IMG/VR virus record: IMGVR_UViG_2974619728_000001
Location: 1 to 31,834 of that record
Direction: 5' to 3' (one strand)
DNA length: 31,834 nt
DNA from: a virus
Lineage: Duplodnaviria; Heunggongvirae; Uroviricota; Caudoviricetes; Peduoviridae
Shown: positions 26,927 to 31,834 of the stretch, one piece after another
Position numbering within the stretch: the first letter of the stretch is position 1
Layout of the letters: each line of letters begins with the position of its first letter
Made by a program: the position numbers and the translations under genes
Notes under the pieces: model-generated
What the model saw: only the letters and a program-made list of their open reading frames with translations
Database searches by the model: none
Told to the model about the DNA's origin: nothing

Positions 26927-27225
26927 TGTCCTGTTCTCATTCAGTTGTATTACTGAATAACGCCTTAAAAATCGCCGTTATGGAAAATGGTGATTTGTCT
27001 CTTATTCAACTTTGTCTTGATAAAGAAAAATGCGACATAACTGAATCTGTTATCGCGATTTATCAGAATGAATTAAACCTCCTGTCTGATGTGGTCAATT
27101 TACTTGTTAAACGCGCTGTATTCCACAAGCAAATTTCCTCCGTGGATGAACTGACAAAATTAACGACAGAACTTGCCAGTTATTGCGCTGATGTATCCAG
27201 GAAACTTAACGATAAAAGGAGCTGA
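26923..27225 (+). CDS. small early protein (P2 orf81 position), 100 aa
   Basis: ORF whose ATG overlaps the preceding stop; function unknown. Confidence 0.6.
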   Translation: MMSCSHSVVLLNNALKIAVMENGDLSLIQLCLDKEKCDITESVIAIYQNELNLLSDVVNLLVKRAVFHKQISSVDELTKLTTELASYCADVSRKLNDKRS

Positions 27226-27227
27226 TA

Positions 27228-27452
27228 ATGCCGGACAACGTAGATTTTATTCAGGAACAACAGGCTGAATTACTGGAGCGCCAGATTAACGCGGCAAGGG
27301 TAAAACATTGCGGTGCTTCTGCGCTGGTTTGCGAAGAGTGTGACGCGCCAATACCTGCTGCCCGTCGTGCGGCTTATCCGTCAGCCACGCGTTGTGTTTC
27401 CTGTCAGTCAGTCTTTGAAGCAAAAAACAAACATTACCGGAGAACGGCATGA
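27228..27452 (+). CDS. TraR/DksA-family C4 zinc-finger protein (P2 orf82 position), 74 aa
   Basis: CEECDAPIP...CVSCQ four-cysteine motif typical of the TraR/DksA zinc finger. Confidence 0.7.
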   Translation: MPDNVDFIQEQQAELLERQINAARVKHCGASALVCEECDAPIPAARRAAYPSATRCVSCQSVFEAKNKHYRRTA

Positions 27453-27724
27453 GTATTCGTATTGAAATTGGCGAACGTTATGTCGTTACCAGTGACAGCT
27501 TTCAGTTTATTCTCCACGAGAAAAAGAGAGCGGAAAGCGGTAAAAACGCCGGTCAGGAATGGCTGGCGGTGGTTGGTTATTACCCGAAATTAAGCCAGCT
27601 AGTTTCCGGCCTGATGCATCACGATATTCTGACCGGAAGCGCAAAGTCTTTTGCTGATTTAAACGCGCAGGTTGAGCAACTCAGCAAGCGTTGTTCAGAG
27701 GCTTTTGGCTCATATGGCCGTTAA
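27449..27724 (+). CDS. small early protein (P2 orf83 position), 91 aa
   Basis: ORF overlapping neighbours; function unknown. Confidence 0.6.
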   Translation: MSIRIEIGERYVVTSDSFQFILHEKKRAESGKNAGQEWLAVVGYYPKLSQLVSGLMHHDILTGSAKSFADLNAQVEQLSKRCSEAFGSYGR

Positions 27725-29996
27725 AGCCTCCGGGCGTTTTGTCCCTCCGTCAGCATTTGCTGCAGGCACCGGTAAGGCGTTTACCGGTGCTTATGCATGG
27801 AACGCGCCACGCGAGGCTGTCGGGCGCGAAAGACCCCTTACACGTGACGAGATGCGTCAGGTGCAAGGTGTTTTATCCACGATTAACCGCCTGCCTTACT
27901 TTTTGCGCTCGCTGTTTACTTCACGTTATGACTACATCCGGCGCAATAAAAGCCCGGTGCACGGGTTTTATTTCCTCACATCCACTTTTCAGCGTCGTTT
28001 ATGGCCGCGCATTGAGCGTGTGAATCAGCGCCATGAAATGAACACCGACGCGTCGTTACTGTTTCTGGCAGAGCGTGACCACTATGCGCGCCTGCCGGGA
28101 ATGAATGACAAGGAGCTGAAAAAGTTTGCCGCCTGTATCTCATCGCAGCTTTTCATGATGTATGAGGAACTCAGCGATGCCTGGGTGGATGCACATGGCG
28201 AAAAAGAATCGCTGTTTACGGATGAGGCGCAGGCTCACCTCTATGGTCATGTTGCTGGCGCTGCACGTGCTTTCAATATTTCCCCGCTTTACTGGAAAAA
28301 ATACCGTAAAGGACAGATGACCACGAGGCAGGCATATTCTGCCATTGCCCGCCTGTTTAACGATGAGTGGTGGACCCATCAGCTTAAAGGCCAGCGTATG
28401 CGCTGGCATGAGGCGTTACTGATTGCTGTCGGGGAGGTCAATAAAGACCGTTCTCCTTATGCCAGTAAACATGCCATTCGTGATGTGCGTGCGCGCCGCC
28501 AGGCAAATCTGGAATTTCTTAAATCGTGTGACCTTGAAAACAGGGAAACCGGCGAGCGTATCGACCTTATCAGTAAGGTGATGGGCAGTATTTCTAATCC
28601 TGAAATTCGCCGGATGGAGCTGATGAACACCATTGCCGGTATTGAGCGTTACGCCGCCGCAGAGGGTGATGTGGGGATGTTTATCACGCTGACCGCGCCG
28701 TCAAAGTATCACCCGACACGTCAGGTCGGAAAAGGCGAAAGTAAAACCGTCCAGCTAAATCACGGCTGGAACGATGAGGCATTTAATCCAAAGGATGCGC
28801 AGCGTTATCTCTGCCGTATCTGGAGCCTGATGCGTACGGCATTCAAGGATAATGATTTACAGGTCTACGGTTTGCGTGTCGTCGAGCCACACCACGACGG
28901 AACACCGCACTGGCATATGATGCTTTTTTGTAATCCACGCCAGCGTAACCAGATTATCGAAATCATGCGTCGCTATGCGCTCAAAGAGGATGGCGACGAA
29001 AGAGGAGCCGCGCGAAACCGTTTTCAGGCAAAACACCTTAACCGGGGTGGTGCTGCGGGGTATATCGCTAAATACATCTCAAAAAATATCGACGGCTATG
29101 CACTGGATGGTCAGCTCGATAACGATACCGGCAGGCCGCTTAAAGATACTGCCGCGGCTGTTACCGCATGGGCGTCAACGTGGCGCATCCCGCAATTTAA
29201 AACGGTTGGCCTGCCGACAATGGGGGCTTACCGTGAACTACGCAAATTGCCTCGCGGCGTCAGCATAGCTGATGAGTTTGACGAACGCGTCGAGGCTGCA
29301 CGCGCTGCCGCAGACAGTGGCGATTTTGCGCTGTATATCAGCGCGCAGGGTGGGGCAAATGTCCCGCGCGATTGTCAGACTGTCAGGGTCGCCCGTAGCC
29401 CGTCGGATGACGTTAACGAGTACGAGGAAGAGGTCGAGAGAGTGGTCGGCATTTACGCGCCGCATCTCGGCGCGCGTCATATTCATATCACCAGAACCAC
29501 GGACTGGCGCATTGTGCCGAAAGTGCCGGTCGTTGAGCCTTTGACTTTAAAAAGCGGCATCGCCGCGCCTCGGAGTCCTGTCAATAACTGTGGAAAACTC
29601 ACCGGTGGTGATACTTCGTTACCGGCTCCCACACCTTCTGAGCACGCCGCAGCAGTGCTTAATCTGGTTGATGACGGTGTTATCGAATGGAGTGACCCGG
29701 AGGTCGTGAGGGCGCTCAGGGGTGCATTAAAACACGGTCGGAGAACGCCAAGTCGTCAGCAAAGAAACGGAAGCCCGTTAAAACCACATGAAATTGCACC
29801 ATCGGCCAGACTGACCCGGTCGGAAAGAATGCAAATTACCCGTATCCGCGTTGACCTTGCTCAGAACGGTATCAGGCCGCAGCGATGGGAGCTTGAGGCG
29901 CTGGCGCGTGGCGCGACCGTAAATTATGATGGGAAAAAATTCACGTATCCGGTTGTTGATGAGTGGCGGTGGTATATAGTTGATGGTAGGCGGTGA
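27714..29996 (+). CDS. A: replication initiation endonuclease A (rolling-circle initiator), about 760 aa
   Basis: Start placed at MAVKASGRFVPP (ATG 27714); long ORF matching P2 gpA in size and N-terminal sequence. Confidence 0.9.
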   Translation: MAVKASGRFVPPSAFAAGTGKAFTGAYAWNAPREAVGRERPLTRDEMRQVQGVLSTINRLPYFLRSLFTSRYDYIRRNKSPVHGFYFLTSTFQRRLWPRIERVNQRHEMNTDASLLFLAERDHYARLPGMNDKELKKFAACISSQLFMMYEELSDAWVDAHGEKESLFTDEAQAHLYGHVAGAARAFNISPLYWKKYRKGQMTTRQAYSAIARLFNDEWWTHQLKGQRMRWHEALLIAVGEVNKDRSPYASKHAIRDVRARRQANLEFLKSCDLENRETGERIDLISKVMGSISNPEIRRMELMNTIAGIERYAAAEGDVGMFITLTAPSKYHPTRQVGKGESKTVQLNHGWNDEAFNPKDAQRYLCRIWSLMRTAFKDNDLQVYGLRVVEPHHDGTPHWHMMLFCNPRQRNQIIEIMRRYALKEDGDERGAARNRFQAKHLNRGGAAGYIAKYISKNIDGYALDGQLDNDTGRPLKDTAAAVTAWASTWRIPQFKTVGLPTMGAYRELRKLPRGVSIADEFDERVEAARAAADSGDFALYISAQGGANVPRDCQTVRVARSPSDDVNEYEEEVERVVGIYAPHLGARHIHITRTTDWRIVPKVPVVEPLTLKSGIAAPRSPVNNCGKLTGGDTSLPAPTPSEHAAAVLNLVDDGVIEWSDPEVVRALRGALKHGRRTPSRQQRNGSPLKPHEIAPSARLTRSERMQITRIRVDLAQNGIRPQRWELEALARGATVNYDGKKFTYPVVDEWRWYIVDGRR

Positions 29997-30172
29997 AAAG
30001 TTGAAGATGTGAACACTGTTATTGGTAGGTAAGTAGATTTGTATGTATAAAGTAGTTGTTGTAGATATGAACAATCAGGCGTAGAATCGCCAGCCGGCTA
30101 TGATGATTCCAGATGATAATGGTTATCATTAGCTGTTGATTTATGATGTTCTTAACCACTAGAGAGACTAAT

Positions 30173-30370
30173 ATGAGCAAAAAGGTTATCACGATACAAG
30201 TAAGAGGTGGGCACGCAGGTGCTAAGCCTGTTCGTCGTTCAAAACTTGAACAAAGTGTTAATCGTTCCCTGCGTGCTTCGTTTTCTCTGGAAGGTAATCA
30301 CATTACCAACACTTCATGGTCTAAAATGTCGCAGGCTGCACGTTTTCTGACCAGAGTAGCTGTTGCTTAA
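30173..30370 (+). CDS. small DinI-like protein (P2 orf91 position), about 65 aa
   Basis: MSKKVITIQVRGGHAGA...SFSLEGNHI resembles the DinI family (xxVTI...AGA...F..EGH); start chosen at internal Met; 3' end overlaps the convergent Fic gene by 4 nt. Confidence 0.55.
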   Translation: MSKKVITIQVRGGHAGAKPVRRSKLEQSVNRSLRASFSLEGNHITNTSWSKMSQAARFLTRVAVA

Positions 30371-31452
30371 AGCTCTTTGATTGCCCTTGAAATAAGGGCA
30401 ATCAGATTTCTGTTACTGTCGTGTATTGCGCGTCTTACAGCATAATGGTACGCACGTTTATTTTGCACATCTCCATCTAGCTTTTCCATATCAAATTCAT
30501 AACCCATAGTAGTTGCAACAATCTGAAGAAATAATCGTATTGAACGACCATTACCATCTTGAAAGGGGTGGATCCATGCGATTTCTGCATGGAGAGTAGC
30601 TAGTTTATGAACTAACTCTGCTTTAGAATTTATTTTGCTAAGTTCTTTTTTTGTGCAACCTCTAAGACAGGCTTTTAATGATTTTTTGACTTCATTATGT
30701 TCCATTGTTGGTCGCTCTTTATCTCCAACAACAACGGGATGGTTTCTGTATTCACCTGCCCAATCATAAATATGGCCAAAAAGAGCTTTATGGCATTCTA
30801 AGATCGTCTTTTCATTAATTGTTTTATTTTTGTCGGAGACATAATTTATTATGAGCTGCGTACTTTTGATATATGAAATAACCATTTCGGCAAATTCAAC
30901 TTGGTATTGGTATTTTGCAAATACTAGATTTTTTGTTGCCATGTATTCATATCTTTCATTTTTTCCGTCACGTAAAAGAAAAATGTTGTCTTTTTGGTGC
31001 TTTACTTTGATTACATGATTGCGTTGAAATGGAAAGTTTTTGTCGTGAGGCAATATGTGAAAATAAGTTTCTTTTTTTAGCTTGTCTACACCAACAATTG
31101 AACCAAAAAGAAAAAGGGCTGCTGTTGTATTAAATAAAACACATACGGAGTCGCCAAGTTGTATCTCTTCGCGACTTAGATCGCATGTTTTTTTCTTATA
31201 ATTAAATAAATGGGCGATAGATGGTATGCTGTGATGATTGCGCAATGAACCTGAGCCACATATGACTTCTTTTGTCCTGCTATTCCAGTAATAATTAATG
31301 CTTCTCTTATTCTCTTGTGTTCTTTTTATATGAACCAACTTGAAGCTAAGTAGACTTAAAGAGAATTCACCATTCTTTTTGACTATATTAACTTTTTGGT
31401 GTTTCATTTTGTTTTTTGTTAGTGTTATTGAAAAATGTTTTGAAGGTATCAT
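30367..31452 (-). CDS. AT-rich accessory Fic/Doc-domain protein, 361 aa, at the tin/old position
   Basis: Canonical Fic motif HPFQDGNGRSIR (residues 295-306, about 30535-30570) preceded by ...ILECHKALFGHIYDWAGEYR; ~200-aa N-terminal region with no motif I recognise. Confidence 0.75.
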   Translation of the reverse strand: MIPSKHFSITLTKNKMKHQKVNIVKKNGEFSLSLLSFKLVHIKRTQENKRSINYYWNSRTKEVICGSGSLRNHHSIPSIAHLFNYKKKTCDLSREEIQLGDSVCVLFNTTAALFLFGSIVGVDKLKKETYFHILPHDKNFPFQRNHVIKVKHQKDNIFLLRDGKNERYEYMATKNLVFAKYQYQVEFAEMVISYIKSTQLIINYVSDKNKTINEKTILECHKALFGHIYDWAGEYRNHPVVVGDKERPTMEHNEVKKSLKACLRGCTKKELSKINSKAELVHKLATLHAEIAWIHPFQDGNGRSIRLFLQIVATTMGYEFDMEKLDGDVQNKRAYHYAVRRAIHDSNRNLIALISRAIKEL

Positions 31453-31834
31453 GTTTTGAGTAAGAATGCATGGTTATTATAACATGTTGGAGTTTTATCG
31501 CTAAAAAATGGATGTAGTGAGAAGTTTGGTGCTCATGACATTTACACTTAAGATGAACAGGAGGTGCTGTTTCGGTAAGATTATCTTTGTCCCATCACAT
31601 AGCACTGCTCAATTTATCACTCATATCTTCATTTCCTTCCAGTGACAACACAAAGCTTTAAAGTCACCTTCTGTGATGCTGCTTTATGTCATTTCATAAG
31701 ATCAGAGTTATGCATGCATTAGGTGCATAGCTTTGCATGTATCAGAATTATACGTTTTCGGCGTCCGACATCACAGCTAGTTTGGATTCAGAGATGTCAT
31801 GCAACCGCATTAAAACCTCCACATGAAGCGGGCG

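Noticed and set aside
28140-29486. Antisense and alternate-frame ORFs within replication gene A
   Set aside because: Nested in the long A ORF with no start signals.
29778-30074. Minus-strand ORF spanning the A 3' end and downstream spacer
   Set aside because: Low-complexity Ile/Asn/Pro-rich translation, partly antisense to A; AT-rich spacer artefact.
30143-30370. Calling the small ORF a dedicated FicA-type antitoxin
   Set aside because: Although it carries SxxxEG, it is convergent (not co-operonic) with the Fic gene and resembles DinI-like proteins at the conserved orf91 position; kept only as a low-confidence alternative in findings.
1-31834. CRISPR arrays, rRNA or tRNA genes, transposase/IS elements
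   Set aside because: No regularly spaced direct repeats, no rRNA/tRNA-like structures and no transposase-like ORFs were seen; the only integrase is the phage tyrosine recombinase.

Overview
The window reads as an essentially complete genome of a P2-like temperate myophage (Peduovirus type) in cos-cut linear orientation. It opens with the 19-nt P2-type cohesive end GGCGAGGCGGGGAAAGCAC, then runs Q and P on the minus strand, the plus-strand late operons O-N-M-L-X-Y-K-lysA-lysB-lysC-R-S, V-W-J-I-H-G, FI-FII-E/E'-T-U-D, then ogr, an attP-like region, int and C on the minus strand, and cox-orf78-B-orf80..83-A. Three visibly AT-rich accessory insertions interrupt this GC-richer backbone: (1) an HNH-nuclease-like ORF between S and V (9365-10120); (2) a three-gene cluster between G and FI, the Z/fun position (15165-17338); (3) a Fic/Doc-domain protein between A/orf91 and the right genome end, the tin/old position (30367-31452). 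The last two positions are the loci where P2-like phages are known to carry anti-phage cargo, and the Fic-domain gene is my top candidate for an undescribed phage-borne defence or exclusion function. All protein identifications are from my own reading of the translations and memory of P2-family proteins; no database search was run, GC differences are judged by eye, and coordinates of small regulatory elements are approximate.
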